DNA from: Chitinophagales bacterium
Lineage (GTDB): Bacteria; Bacteroidota; Bacteroidia; Chitinophagales; UBA10324
Length of the DNA stretch: 64,000 nt
NCBI GenBank assembly: GCA_025057275.1
Contig: JANWXQ010000011.1
Location: forward strand, 33,523 to 97,522
Direction: 5' to 3'
Shown here: piece after piece, positions 55,063 to 64,000 of the stretch
Numbering within the stretch: position 1 is the stretch's first letter
Layout of the letters: each line of letters begins with the position of its first letter
Notes under the pieces: model-generated
Told to the model about the DNA's origin: nothing
Seen by the model: the letters and a program-made list of their open reading frames with translations, nothing else
The model's database searches: none
Made by a program: the position numbers and the translations under genes

Positions 55063-55371
55063 ATGGATGTATTAAACTTTTTACTCATCACAGCCAGTGG
55101 GTTGTTTTTTATCGGCGTCTATGGTTTTCTTACCCGCCGCAATCTGCTGACCATGTTGATTTCGGCGGAGCTGATGCTCAATGGGGCTGCCCTGAATCTG
55201 GTGGCTTTTAACCGGTACCGCTGGCCCGAGGAACTGGACGGCTTGTTTCTGGCCGTATTCATCGTGGCCATTGCTGCTGCAGAGGCTGCCTTGCTCATCG
55301 CAATCGTTTTGCGGCTGTACCGAAATACCCGATCAGTGGATGTATCGGACATAACCGAACTGAAACATTAA
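55063..55371 (+). CDS. nuoK: NADH-quinone oxidoreductase subunit K
   Basis: 102 aa with three TM helices, and SAELMLNGAALNLVAF..AAAEAALLIAIV. Confidence 0.9.
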   Translation: MDVLNFLLITASGLFFIGVYGFLTRRNLLTMLISAELMLNGAALNLVAFNRYRWPEELDGLFLAVFIVAIAAAEAALLIAIVLRLYRNTRSVDVSDITELKH

Positions 55372-55392
55372 CGAACCAACGTTACCGGCTCT

Positions 55393-57318
55393 ATGGCTGC
55401 AACGGGATATGCCCTGCTCATCGTGTTGATGCCTCTGGCGGGCTTTGTCGTGCTTGGCCTGGCCGGAAGGCATCATCTGAAGCGCTCTGCCGGCTGGCTG
55501 GCCACTGCGCTGATGAGCGTGTCAGCCGCTGCTGCCCTGCTGCTGGCCTGGCATTACTTTTTCGTACAGAATGCTTTGGGCCGTAGCCTGGAACCTGCAG
55601 AAGTCTTTCGCTTTCGCTGGTTGTCATTCAGCCCTTCCCTGTATGTAGATATGGGAATGCATCTGGACGGCCTTTCGGTGATGATGCTGGTTCTGGTTTC
55701 AACCGTATCGCTGTTGGTGCATCTGTATTCTGTGGAATACCTGCGGAGCGAGGAACGCTACACAAGCTACTTCGCCTTTCTGCAGTTGTTTACATTCAGT
55801 ATGCTGGGGCTGGTGGTATCGGTTAATCTTTTTCAAATCTATTTTTTCTGGGAGCTGGTAGGGGTTTCATCGTATTTGCTGATCGGTTTTCACTACGAGC
55901 GACCATCTGCAGTGAGCGCAGCGAAGAAAGCCTTTGTGGTTACCCGCTTTGCCGATTTCGGCTTTCTCATTGGCATACTGATCGTTGGGTTCAGTTCCAC
56001 TTCCTTTGACCTCAACACGTTATTTCAAACCAATTGCCATGTCGATGCAGCTCGTGAAGAACTGTTTCTGGGTATGTCGGCCATCACGTGGGGCACATTG
56101 CTCATGTTTATGGGCGGAGCGGGTAAATCGGCCATGTTTCCGCTGCATATCTGGCTGCCGGATGCCATGGAAGGCCCAACGCCGGTCAGTGCGCTGATTC
56201 ATGCAGCCACCATGGTTGTGGCCGGCGTATTTCTGGTGGCACGGCTGTTTCCGCTGTATGAGGTGGCATGGCTCACTGCTGACGTGGTAACGGTCATTGG
56301 GCTGACATCGTCGTTGCTGGCAGCGATCATCGCCTGCACGCAGACCGATATCAAACGCGTTCTGGCCTATTCCACCATGTCACAGATCGGGCTGATGTTG
56401 TTCGGGCTGGGATTGGCTGCTCAAGGGGCTTCGCGGGAAGCCGGGTACGTTGGCTCGCAGTTTCACCTGTTTACGCACGGTTTTTTCAAGGCCTTGCTCT
56501 TTCTTGCCGCCGGTGTGGTCATTCATCGGGTACACAGTAATGAAGTGTCGGATATGGGGGGACTTCGACGCACATTGCCGCTTACGCATCTGGTTTTTCT
56601 GATCGCCTGCCTGGCCATTTCGGGAATTCCGCCTCTGTCGGGCTTTTTCAGTAAGGAAACCATTCTGCTGGCTGCAGCATCGCATCCGTTTTGGTATGGG
56701 TTGGCATTGCTGGTTTCGGCACTGACAGCTTTCTACATGTTTCGTCTGTACTTTCTGACCTTCTGGAATAAGCCGGCGCTACCCAAATCAGAGCCCGAAT
56801 TACCCACAGCATCCGAGCGTTTGGCGTATGGCTTCCCGCTGGTGGTTCTGGCCGTGGCTACTGCAGTTAACGGGTTCATTCCTTTTGGTCTGTTTGTGGC
56901 GCCCGATGGCAGGCCGTATCCGGTTCACGCTTCGGCTGCGGCGTGGCTGCCTCCGGTTGGCGCCGCATTATGCGGCATAGCCGTTGCCGCCTGGGGTTAT
57001 GCCCGTGCTTCCGAGCGTCCGCAGGAGCTGGCCCGCAGGTTTGGAGCATTCTATTCCGTTGCATACAGAAAATTTTACATAGATGAATTGTATGCCTATA
57101 TCACCCGGCGGATCATTTTCGGCAAGGTGGGGCGTTCCGCAGCTTGGACAGACCGCCAGGTGGTTGACGGGGCGGTAAACCAGGCCGGCTGGCTGATCCA
57201 GCAATGGTCGCTGTTGATGAAATGCTGGCAGTCGGGACGATTACAGGGATATGCCTTCTGGTTTTTTGTTGGCGCCGGCCTTCTGGCGGTAGTCTTGTTG
57301 CTGTACTCTCCCAACTAA
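55393..57318 (+). CDS. nuoL: NADH-quinone oxidoreductase subunit L
   Basis: Antiporter-like: FFWELVGVSSYLLIGF, PLHIWLPDAMEGPTPVSALIHAATMV, and a long C-terminal lateral helix region. Confidence 0.9.
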   Translation: MAATGYALLIVLMPLAGFVVLGLAGRHHLKRSAGWLATALMSVSAAAALLLAWHYFFVQNALGRSLEPAEVFRFRWLSFSPSLYVDMGMHLDGLSVMMLVLVSTVSLLVHLYSVEYLRSEERYTSYFAFLQLFTFSMLGLVVSVNLFQIYFFWELVGVSSYLLIGFHYERPSAVSAAKKAFVVTRFADFGFLIGILIVGFSSTSFDLNTLFQTNCHVDAAREELFLGMSAITWGTLLMFMGGAGKSAMFPLHIWLPDAMEGPTPVSALIHAATMVVAGVFLVARLFPLYEVAWLTADVVTVIGLTSSLLAAIIACTQTDIKRVLAYSTMSQIGLMLFGLGLAAQGASREAGYVGSQFHLFTHGFFKALLFLAAGVVIHRVHSNEVSDMGGLRRTLPLTHLVFLIACLAISGIPPLSGFFSKETILLAAASHPFWYGLALLVSALTAFYMFRLYFLTFWNKPALPKSEPELPTASERLAYGFPLVVLAVATAVNGFIPFGLFVAPDGRPYPVHASAAAWLPPVGAALCGIAVAAWGYARASERPQELARRFGAFYSVAYRKFYIDELYAYITRRIIFGKVGRSAAWTDRQVVDGAVNQAGWLIQQWSLLMKCWQSGRLQGYAFWFFVGAGLLAVVLLLYSPN

Positions 57319-57325
57319 CCGGCTC

Positions 57326-58819
57326 ATGAACCTCCATCTGCTGATCCTGATTCCCTTACTCACGGCGGTCACGATAGCGCTGTGGGGACGCGGACAGCGT
57401 GCTGCGCTCATTGCCACGGCAGGAGCTGTGGTGCAGTTGGGTTTATCGGTGTTGCTGTATCTGACGTTTACTGCTTACCGGCAACACCATGCAGGGGAGG
57501 CTTTTGTATTTGAATACCGCCACGTGTGGTATGGCCCCCTTCAGATTGCCTACCACCTGGGGGTTGACGGCATTTCGGTTGCCATGGTTATGCTGACAGC
57601 CATAGTGGTTCTGGCCGGTGTGCTCATGTCGTGGGAGGTGAGCTATATGCCCAGAGAGTTTCACACGTTGCTGACCCTGCTGGGTGCCGGCGCTTATGGC
57701 GTGTTCTTGTCGCTGGATGCGTTTACCCTGTTTTTCTTTCTCGAACTGGCGGTTTTGCCCAAGTATTTGCTCATCGGAATTTGGGGTAGCGGGAAAAAGG
57801 AATATTGCGCACGAAAGCTGGTGTTGATGCTCATGCTGGGCTCGGCATTGGTATTGGTGGGCTTGCTGGGCATGTACTTTGGCGGGCCACGAAGCTTTTC
57901 CATTCCGGATATCGCATCATCCCGGCTTGCGCCGGAAGTTCAGCAATGGGTTTTCCCCCTGCTGTTTACCGGCTTTGGCATCTTCACGGCCCTTTTTCCC
58001 TTTCATACCTGGGTGCCCGACGGCCACTCGGCGGCGCCGACGGCTGGGTCCATGTTTTTGGCGGGAATATCCATGAAACTCGGCGGCTACGGCTGCCTGC
58101 GAACCGCAACGCATCTGATGCCGGATGCCGCCCAGCAGTATGCACCGACCATCATCGTGTTGGGCTGCATAGCCATTCTGTATGGTTCGCTAGCCACGCT
58201 CATGCAAAAGGATATAAAATATCTTAATGCCTATTCGTCCATCAGTCACTGTGGTTTCGTGGTGTTGGGCATTGGCCTGCTTACCCAGACGGCGCTACAT
58301 GGTGCCGTGCTGCAGATGGTTTCGCATGGGCTGATGACGGCATTGTTCTTCGCCGTAATCGGCATCGTGTACGAACGAACTCATACGCGCCAGTTGCGCG
58401 AAATGGGTGGTTTGATGCAAGCCATGCCGTTTGCTGTAACGGCTCTGTTTCTGGCCGGGTTGTGTTCGTTGGGTCTTCCCGGATTAAGCGGCTTTGTCGC
58501 GGAAGCAACGGTATTCGTAGGCGGATGGCAGCAGCCGGACCTGTTGTCGCGGACAGCGGTGGTCATTGCTTGCTCGAGCATAGTGGTTACGGCAGTGTAC
58601 ATTCTGCGTGCGATCGGGCAGGTGGCTATGGGGCCGCTCCGTGGCCTGGTGTCGCCGCATCCGGTAAGCTGGGCGGAACGGCTGGCGGTGTTGTTGTTGC
58701 TGGGGGGCATTTTTCTGATGGGCTTATGGCCGGAGTGGTTGGTTCAGCTCATTCAGGGCTCCGGCCCGGCAGGGGCCTTGCCGGACGGCCTGACGGCAGC
58801 ACCGGTTGAAGCGTTTTAA
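57326..58819 (+). CDS. nuoM: NADH-quinone oxidoreductase subunit M
   Basis: Antiporter-like: FPFHTWVPDGHSAAPTAGSMFLAGISMKLGGYG. Confidence 0.9.
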   Translation: MNLHLLILIPLLTAVTIALWGRGQRAALIATAGAVVQLGLSVLLYLTFTAYRQHHAGEAFVFEYRHVWYGPLQIAYHLGVDGISVAMVMLTAIVVLAGVLMSWEVSYMPREFHTLLTLLGAGAYGVFLSLDAFTLFFFLELAVLPKYLLIGIWGSGKKEYCARKLVLMLMLGSALVLVGLLGMYFGGPRSFSIPDIASSRLAPEVQQWVFPLLFTGFGIFTALFPFHTWVPDGHSAAPTAGSMFLAGISMKLGGYGCLRTATHLMPDAAQQYAPTIIVLGCIAILYGSLATLMQKDIKYLNAYSSISHCGFVVLGIGLLTQTALHGAVLQMVSHGLMTALFFAVIGIVYERTHTRQLREMGGLMQAMPFAVTALFLAGLCSLGLPGLSGFVAEATVFVGGWQQPDLLSRTAVVIACSSIVVTAVYILRAIGQVAMGPLRGLVSPHPVSWAERLAVLLLLGGIFLMGLWPEWLVQLIQGSGPAGALPDGLTAAPVEAF

Positions 58820-58836
58820 CCGATAAATCATAAGGA

Positions 58837-60234
58837 ATGATCGAGGCGCTGTTGTTGATGAAACACGAAATGTCGCTTACGGTTGCGGCAGTGGTGTTCT
58901 TGCTGGTGCGCCTGGGACGCACAAGGGCTGCAGCAACCTATGCACGCCTCGGCTATCTGTTACTTGGATGGTGTTTGTTGGCGGGTTTGATTCCGGCCCC
59001 ACCCGGTCAGCTGTTTGCGGGGCTGTTTGTTACGTCATCGCTGGTAAGCATGCAAAAGTCGTTTCTGACTTTCGGCCTGTTGCTGTTGTTGCTGGCTTCC
59101 GACCGCTGGTTGCGGCGCCATGATTATGTTCCCGAAGTTTTTCTGCTCCTCTTTTCCTCACTGCTGGGTTTATTTTTTCTCATTTCGTCAGGCAGTCTGC
59201 TGATGTTTTATCTGGCCCTGGAACTGGCGACGCTGCCGATAGCCGCATTATGCAATTTTGATCTGCAGCGCAGGCAGGCGTCGGAAGCGGCCACCAAAAT
59301 GATTTTGTCGTCAGCATTTTCATCCGGTATCCTCCTTTTTGGCATATCACTGCTTTACGGTTCCACCGGCACACTCCATTTTACCGAGTTGCCGCAGCGA
59401 CTGAACGGTTCGGCTTTGCAGGTAACCGCTTTGGTTCTGTTGTTCACCGGTTTTGCCTTTAAGCTCTCCGTAGTACCCTTTCACCTGTGGACGGCTGATG
59501 TGTATGAGGGATCGCCCGTTCCGGTAACGACTTACCTGTCAGTAATTTCCAAGGGAGGGATGGTTTTTATTTTTTGCACAGCACTGTATCAGGTTTTTCA
59601 GCCTCTGCAGGCCTACTGGCACGTGCTGCTGGTGATCACTGCAGCAGCTACTTTGCTGGTGGGGAATTTGTTTGCCCTGCGTCAGGAAAACCTCAAGCGG
59701 TTTCTGGCTTTTTCCTCTATTGCTCAGGTGGGCTTTATTCTGGTAGCACTCAGCAGTGGCGCTGAGTTGGCCAGGGCAGCAGCGGTATATTTTGTTCTGG
59801 TTTACTTGTTCAGCAACATCGGGGCCTTTGCGGTAGTGGGCATCATCAGTGCCGCCACAGGTAAGGAACGTCTTTCGGATTATCGCGGACTTTACCGCAG
59901 CAATCCGCGGCTCAGCTGGGCGCTGGCCTTGTCGTTGTTTTCACTGGCCGGCATACCTCCGACAGCCGGGTTTTTTGGAAAATTCTTTTTGCTGATGTCG
60001 GGTGCAGACGGAAGACAGTACCTGCTGGTTGCTTTTGCTGCAGTAAATATGGTGGTGGCGTTGTATTACTACCTCCGCGTCGTGCGCGCCCTGTTTATGG
60101 AACAGCCGGAGGCTCCGCTGCCCATCGTAACCACTGTTTTACCGGAACGGGCAGCCCTGGTGATCAGTGTTGCCGGTGTGCTGATTACCGGATTGTTCAG
60201 CGGTGCCTACGAAACCATTGCCCGACTGATTTAA
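58837..60234 (+). CDS. nuoN: NADH-quinone oxidoreductase subunit N
   Basis: Antiporter-like: VPFHLWTADVYEGSPVPVTTYLSVISK, and FSLAGIPPTAGFFGKF. Confidence 0.9.
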   Translation: MIEALLLMKHEMSLTVAAVVFLLVRLGRTRAAATYARLGYLLLGWCLLAGLIPAPPGQLFAGLFVTSSLVSMQKSFLTFGLLLLLLASDRWLRRHDYVPEVFLLLFSSLLGLFFLISSGSLLMFYLALELATLPIAALCNFDLQRRQASEAATKMILSSAFSSGILLFGISLLYGSTGTLHFTELPQRLNGSALQVTALVLLFTGFAFKLSVVPFHLWTADVYEGSPVPVTTYLSVISKGGMVFIFCTALYQVFQPLQAYWHVLLVITAAATLLVGNLFALRQENLKRFLAFSSIAQVGFILVALSSGAELARAAAVYFVLVYLFSNIGAFAVVGIISAATGKERLSDYRGLYRSNPRLSWALALSLFSLAGIPPTAGFFGKFFLLMSGADGRQYLLVAFAAVNMVVALYYYLRVVRALFMEQPEAPLPIVTTVLPERAALVISVAGVLITGLFSGAYETIARLI

Positions 60235-60265
60235 TCGGAGCAGGTATTTTTTTTGCAATTCCATT

Positions 60266-60631
60266 ATGGCCATTAACAAAAACCATGAATTTGACGAACT
60301 GAACGGAGTCAAATGCGCCATTGCCGAGCGGGGAGTTAATGCGGAGCGCGCTGCATTTCTCCGGTCACTTCTGGAGGCCAACGGTTATCAGGTGGTGGTC
60401 GTGCCAGCAACGGCGAAAGGAGCAAAAAACGAACCGGATGTCGATTCCGGCTGCTTTGATGTGGGAGTTACCGATTTGTCGTTTAATCCGGTCAATGCCG
60501 TTTTCGGCCGATTGCTGCGCACCCCCGAAGGCCAGGTCGTCACGCTGGCTTACTGGCTTCAGGAGCAGCCGGTTGCAGACGACAGCACACCTTATTTTGA
60601 AACGCCGGTGAGCCGAAGTATCGGGCGGTAA
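60266..60631 (+). CDS. hypothetical protein (121 aa) immediately downstream of nuoN
   Basis: Soluble-looking ORF 31 nt after nuoN. No -7 box in the gap and no motif recognised. Confidence 0.55.
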   Translation: MAINKNHEFDELNGVKCAIAERGVNAERAAFLRSLLEANGYQVVVVPATAKGAKNEPDVDSGCFDVGVTDLSFNPVNAVFGRLLRTPEGQVVTLAYWLQEQPVADDSTPYFETPVSRSIGR

Positions 60632-60654
60632 AGCAAATCCTTCAGGCGTTTCAG

Positions 60655-61422
60655 GTGAAGGCAATTGTGACTAAACTCCAGCAGGCCCTCAGGATAATCT
60701 GGGCGTGGTATTATTTTATTATTTTCTCATTAATTTTTTTATTGTTGTATCCGGCGTTTTTCATTTTGTTGCGCAGCCCTAAGGGTTACCGGGCCGCTAA
60801 CCGGCTGCGACAGTTGTGGGCCTGCCTGCTGTTTTTGCTCACCGGAATTGTACCGGTGATTACCTATCGCGCCCAAATTGACCGCAGGCGCAATTACGTT
60901 TTTTGCTCCAATCATTTTTCCTATCTGGACATTCCCCTGGCTGCCCTGGTGGCAGGGCCCTCCTGGCGTTTTCTGGCGAAAGCCGAACTCAACAACATTC
61001 CGCTGCTCAATATCTTTTTTCGCACCGTGGATATATCCGTTGACCGCGAAAATGCCTGGGAATCGTTTCAAAGCTATCAGGAAAGTTTACGCAGTGTGGA
61101 TCATGGCCTGAATCTGGTCGTCTTTCCTGAGGGCCGCATCAGTCCGAAAGCACCCCAACTATTTCCGTTCAAAAACGGTCCGTTTCGGCTGGCCATTGAA
61201 AAGCAGGTTCCCATCGTACCTTTGACCATGCTGGATAACTGGCGGCTGCTGCGGGTGGAGGGTTGGCGTATTGAGGGGCGACCGGGGGTTGCCCGCATCA
61301 TCGTTCACGAGCCCATAGAAACGCAGGGGCTTACTCCTGCCGATGCACCGCAGCTTCGCCAGCGTGTTTTTGATCTTCTTGCTCATGACCTGAAGCAGGC
61401 GAATCCCCAGATCCGTTTATGA
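60655..61422 (+). CDS. plsC: 1-acyl-sn-glycerol-3-phosphate acyltransferase
   Basis: H-x4-D box NHFSYLD, and [10 protein letters not shown]-terminal TM anchor. GTG start. Confidence 0.8.
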   Translation: MKAIVTKLQQALRIIWAWYYFIIFSLIFLLLYPAFFILLRSPKGYRAANRLRQLWACLLFLLTGIVPVITYRAQIDRRRNYVFCSNHFSYLDIPLAALVAGPSWRFLAKAELNNIPLLNIFFRTVDISVDRENAWESFQSYQESLRSVDHGLNLVVFPEGRISPKAPQLFPFKNGPFRLAIEKQVPIVPLTMLDNWRLLRVEGWRIEGRPGVARIIVHEPIETQGLTPADAPQLRQRVFDLLAHDLKQANPQIRL

Positions 61423-62132
61423 GCGAACTGATCTGTCTGGAAAACATCAGTAAAAATTACGTGTTGGGAAAAGTGGTTATCCCTGCCTTGCGCGGGATCA
61501 ACCTCACGATCAGGCGCAACGAATATGTGGCCCTGATGGGGGCTTCCGGTAGCGGCAAGTCTACGCTGATGAATGTGATTGGTTTGCTGGATACAGCCAC
61601 CGAGGGAAAATATTATCTGAACGATCGGGATGTGAGTCGCCTGTCTGATAACGAACGGGCAGCGATCCGCAACAAGGAAATCGGTTTTGTGTTTCAGACC
61701 TTTAACCTCATGCCCCGCTTGTCGGCACTGGAAAATGTGGCTTTGCCGCTGGTGTATGCCGGCTGGAGCCGCAGCAAAAGGGAAGAGCGGGCAAGGGAAT
61801 TAATGGAAGCCGTAGGGCTTGCAGGGCGCATGCACCACCGCCCCAATGAACTCAGCGGCGGACAGAAACAACGCGTGGCTCTTGCCCGTGCATTGGCCAA
61901 TCATCCTTCCCTGATTCTTGCCGATGAACCTACCGGAAATCTGGACACGCAGACGTCCGATGAAATCATGCAGTTGTTTGACCACATTCACCGGCAGGGC
62001 AATACGATTGTCCTGGTTACGCACGAAGCCGATATTTCGCAGCATGCCCAGCGTATCATCCGGCTGCGCGATGGTCAGGTGCTGGACGATCAGCCCAATC
62101 CGGCATCCGTACTAACGGGCGCCTCAGTATAG
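61419..62132 (+). CDS. ABC transporter ATP-binding protein (MacB/LolD-type)
   Basis: Walker [10 protein letters not shown], signature [15 protein letters not shown], Walker [17 protein letters not shown] overlap with plsC. No permease gene is adjacent. Confidence 0.9.
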   Translation: MSELICLENISKNYVLGKVVIPALRGINLTIRRNEYVALMGASGSGKSTLMNVIGLLDTATEGKYYLNDRDVSRLSDNERAAIRNKEIGFVFQTFNLMPRLSALENVALPLVYAGWSRSKREERARELMEAVGLAGRMHHRPNELSGGQKQRVALARALANHPSLILADEPTGNLDTQTSDEIMQLFDHIHRQGNTIVLVTHEADISQHAQRIIRLRDGQVLDDQPNPASVLTGASV

Positions 62133-62141
62133 ATTTTTTCG

Positions 62142-62825
62142 TTATTCCAGCCGCCAGTCAATTTCCGCAAGCCCCTGCATTCGCAACAACTCATTGGTGC
62201 GGGAAAAATGACGACATCCGAAAAAGCCATTGGCGGCAGACAGGGGGGAAGGATGCGCTGCGCGAAGAACATAATGCCGGCTGCTGTCTATGAGCCCGGC
62301 TTTTTCCTGGGCAAACTTTCCCCACAGCAGGAAAACGACACCCTGACGCTGTTCGCTAATCAGCCGGATGACGCAGTCGGTGAACTTTTGCCAGCCCAGA
62401 TGCTGATGCGAGGCTGCCTGGTTGGCGCGTACGGTGAGTATGGCATTGAGCAACAACACGCCTTGCCGAGCCCATTTTTCCAGATTGCCGGAGCGCGGCG
62501 GCTTGAAGCCGAGATCGTTCTGCAATTCCCTGAAAATGTTTTGAAGCGAGGGCGGAAAAGGCATTCTGTCCGGAACAGAAAAACACAAACCATGCGCCTG
62601 GCCCGGACCGTGATACGGGTCCTGCCCCAGCAGCACCACTTTCACCTGCGGCAAGGGAGTAAGGTTGAACGCATGAAAAATCAGCGACCCCGGCGGATAA
62701 ATAGTAATGCCCTGAGCCTTTTCTTTTCGTAAGGCCTCAACAATACTGCGAAAGTAAGGTTGCTGAAACTGATCATCCAGCAGGTTTTTCCAGCTCGCTT
62801 CAATCGTTACCTCTACCCGCTGCAT
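62142..62825 (-). CDS. ung: uracil-DNA glycosylase (family 1)
   Basis: Motifs GQDPYHGPGQAHGLCFSV and HPSPLSA. Start set to ATG 62825 (M10), because the ORF-track extension runs into the tRNA. Confidence 0.9.
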   Translation of the reverse strand: MQRVEVTIEASWKNLLDDQFQQPYFRSIVEALRKEKAQGITIYPPGSLIFHAFNLTPLPQVKVVLLGQDPYHGPGQAHGLCFSVPDRMPFPPSLQNIFRELQNDLGFKPPRSGNLEKWARQGVLLLNAILTVRANQAASHQHLGWQKFTDCVIRLISEQRQGVVFLLWGKFAQEKAGLIDSSRHYVLRAAHPSPLSAANGFFGCRHFSRTNELLRMQGLAEIDWRLE

Positions 62826-62828
62826 GGG

Positions 62829-62902
<74 letters not shown>

Positions 62903-62913
62903 AACGGTAGCTG

Positions 62914-62921
62914 CAAAGGTA
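62914..62921 (-). promoter_or_regulatory. -7 promoter box (TACCTTTG on the minus strand) for tRNA-Arg (and ung)
   Basis: Exact TAnnTTTG match 11 nt upstream of the tRNA 5' end, inside the 31-nt gap after the tsaC stop. Confidence 0.4.
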
Positions 62922-62933
62922 GCATAGCCGGAG

Positions 62934-63917
62934 TCAGTCCTTCAGGGTAACGATGCGACGGAGCCGGTCACTGAGCGCTTTTTCTAATGACGATTTTCCA
63001 AAATCAGGAAAAACGATAAACGCAGCGTCCTTTTGCAACCGGTCCATGTCGGAAAGCCTGCGGTAAAAGTTGCGGGCCAGGTCTTCTGGGTCGGCGAGTC
63101 GACCCAGGGAAAACAGATGCAGGCTTCTCCAGTGTTCGGCACTTGTGTTGCCGGGCAAATCCTGAAGCTGTTCGTCCACCAGGATCAACAGCGAACCGGT
63201 CTCCAGCTTGTCCAGGTCGTTTTTGCTGATGCAATAAACCGGTGTGGCCGGGGCATAGTGGCGGTAGCGCGAGCCGGGAACGGTCGCATCGGCGGGTCCA
63301 TCCTGTACAACTACGCCCGGCAGCAATTCCTGAAGTTCCTGTTTGCCCACCGCTCCGGGCCGCAGGATCCGGATCAGTCCCTTTTTGCGGGCATCCACAA
63401 TGGTAGATTCCAGCCCCACCCGGCAGGCGCCACCATCCACCACGGCGATACCTGCAGCCCCCAGGTCAGCTTCTACCATGTCGGCATGGGTGGGCGACAG
63501 CCTGCCCGATGTGTTGGCGCTGGGTGCGGCCAGCGGAACCTGCAGCGCCTCTAAGGCCATCAAAAAAACCGGGTGATCGGGAATGCGAACGATCACCTGA
63601 CGGCTGCCGCAGGTGGCAAAAAACAATGGCGATGCTTCAGGTAGCTCCAGCATAAAACTTATAGGTCCCGGACATAGGGCCTCCATAAGCAGGCTTGTTT
63701 GTTCCGGAATGTTTTTTACATATGGAAAAATGGCATGTATCGAGGGAAAATGGCAGATCAACGGATTATCTGCCGGACGGCGCTTCACCTCAAAAATCCG
63801 GGCTATGGCATAGGGATTGGTAGCATCGCCGGCCAATCCGTAAACGGTTTCTGTAGGCAAAACAGCCACATCACCCTGCCGCAACGAGGCTACGGCTTGT
63901 TCCAGACTGACCCGCAT
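62934..63917 (-). CDS. tsaC: L-threonylcarbamoyladenylate synthase (Sua5/YwlC long form of TsaC)
   Basis: Start set to ATG 63917 (M25). Motifs VLPTETVYGLAGDA and RIFEVKRRPADNPLICHF, plus a C-terminal Sua5 domain. Confidence 0.85.
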   Translation of the reverse strand: MRVSLEQAVASLRQGDVAVLPTETVYGLAGDATNPYAIARIFEVKRRPADNPLICHFPSIHAIFPYVKNIPEQTSLLMEALCPGPISFMLELPEASPLFFATCGSRQVIVRIPDHPVFLMALEALQVPLAAPSANTSGRLSPTHADMVEADLGAAGIAVVDGGACRVGLESTIVDARKKGLIRILRPGAVGKQELQELLPGVVVQDGPADATVPGSRYRHYAPATPVYCISKNDLDKLETGSLLILVDEQLQDLPGNTSAEHWRSLHLFSLGRLADPEDLARNFYRRLSDMDRLQKDAAFIVFPDFGKSSLEKALSDRLRRIVTLKD

Positions 63918-63937
63918 GGAAAAGGACTTCGGTCCAT

Positions 63938-63945
63938 CAAAGCTA
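63938..63945 (-). promoter_or_regulatory. -7 promoter box (TAGCTTTG on the minus strand) for tsaC
   Basis: Exact TAnnTTTG match 20 nt upstream of ATG 63917, inside the ORF-track N-terminal extension. Confidence 0.35.
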
Positions 63946-64000
63946 TCCACAGAAACACTCCATGAAAAGCTGCATTTCCGAACGGTCAACGCATGCAGGT

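Overview
This is a 64-kb chromosomal segment from a moderately GC-rich, Bacteroidota-type genome. The phylum call rests on T9SS C-terminal sorting domains, GWxTD/WbqC/DUF922-type families, an 11-subunit NDH-1 without nuoEFG, and exact TAnnTTTG -7 promoter boxes upstream of many genes. About 67 tightly packed genes are almost all core functions: tRNA modification (miaA, mnmA, tsaC, cca, rsmD), argS, pyk, smc, aroQ, xerD, ung, plsC, ubiX and nuoABCDHIJKLMN, plus two tRNAs (CAU and Arg-UCU). I found no CRISPR array, transposase, prophage or recognisable defence gene; the only recombinase is the housekeeping XerD next to aroQ.

The accessory-like content is:
- an ~8.4-kb carotenoid cluster (36271-44692) in which a CarH/LitR-type B12 photoreceptor regulator and an ECF sigma sit between the tailoring genes (CruD/CruC/CruF-like) and the core genes (crtI, crtB, an unknown ORF, crtYcd, crtW);
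- a GDP-heptose cassette with a fused nucleotidyltransferase-phosphatase;
- a cell-surface block with GT2, GWxTD, WbqC and two large T9SS cargo proteins of unknown function.

Other oddities:
- a tRNA-Arg whose 3' end lies 3 nt from the ung start codon;
- a tRNA(CAU)-cca tandem;
- predicted leaderless mRNAs;
- an AT-rich palindrome-bearing spacer between carH and the sigma gene;
- a repeat-flanked, AGTCG-rich 300-bp spacer;
- a protein with an extreme acidic tail.

I do not see a convincing wholly new multi-gene system. The best candidates are ranked below with modest scores. CDS coordinates come from the ORF track, with starts refined by codon arithmetic. Small hand-indexed features may be off by 1-2 nt.
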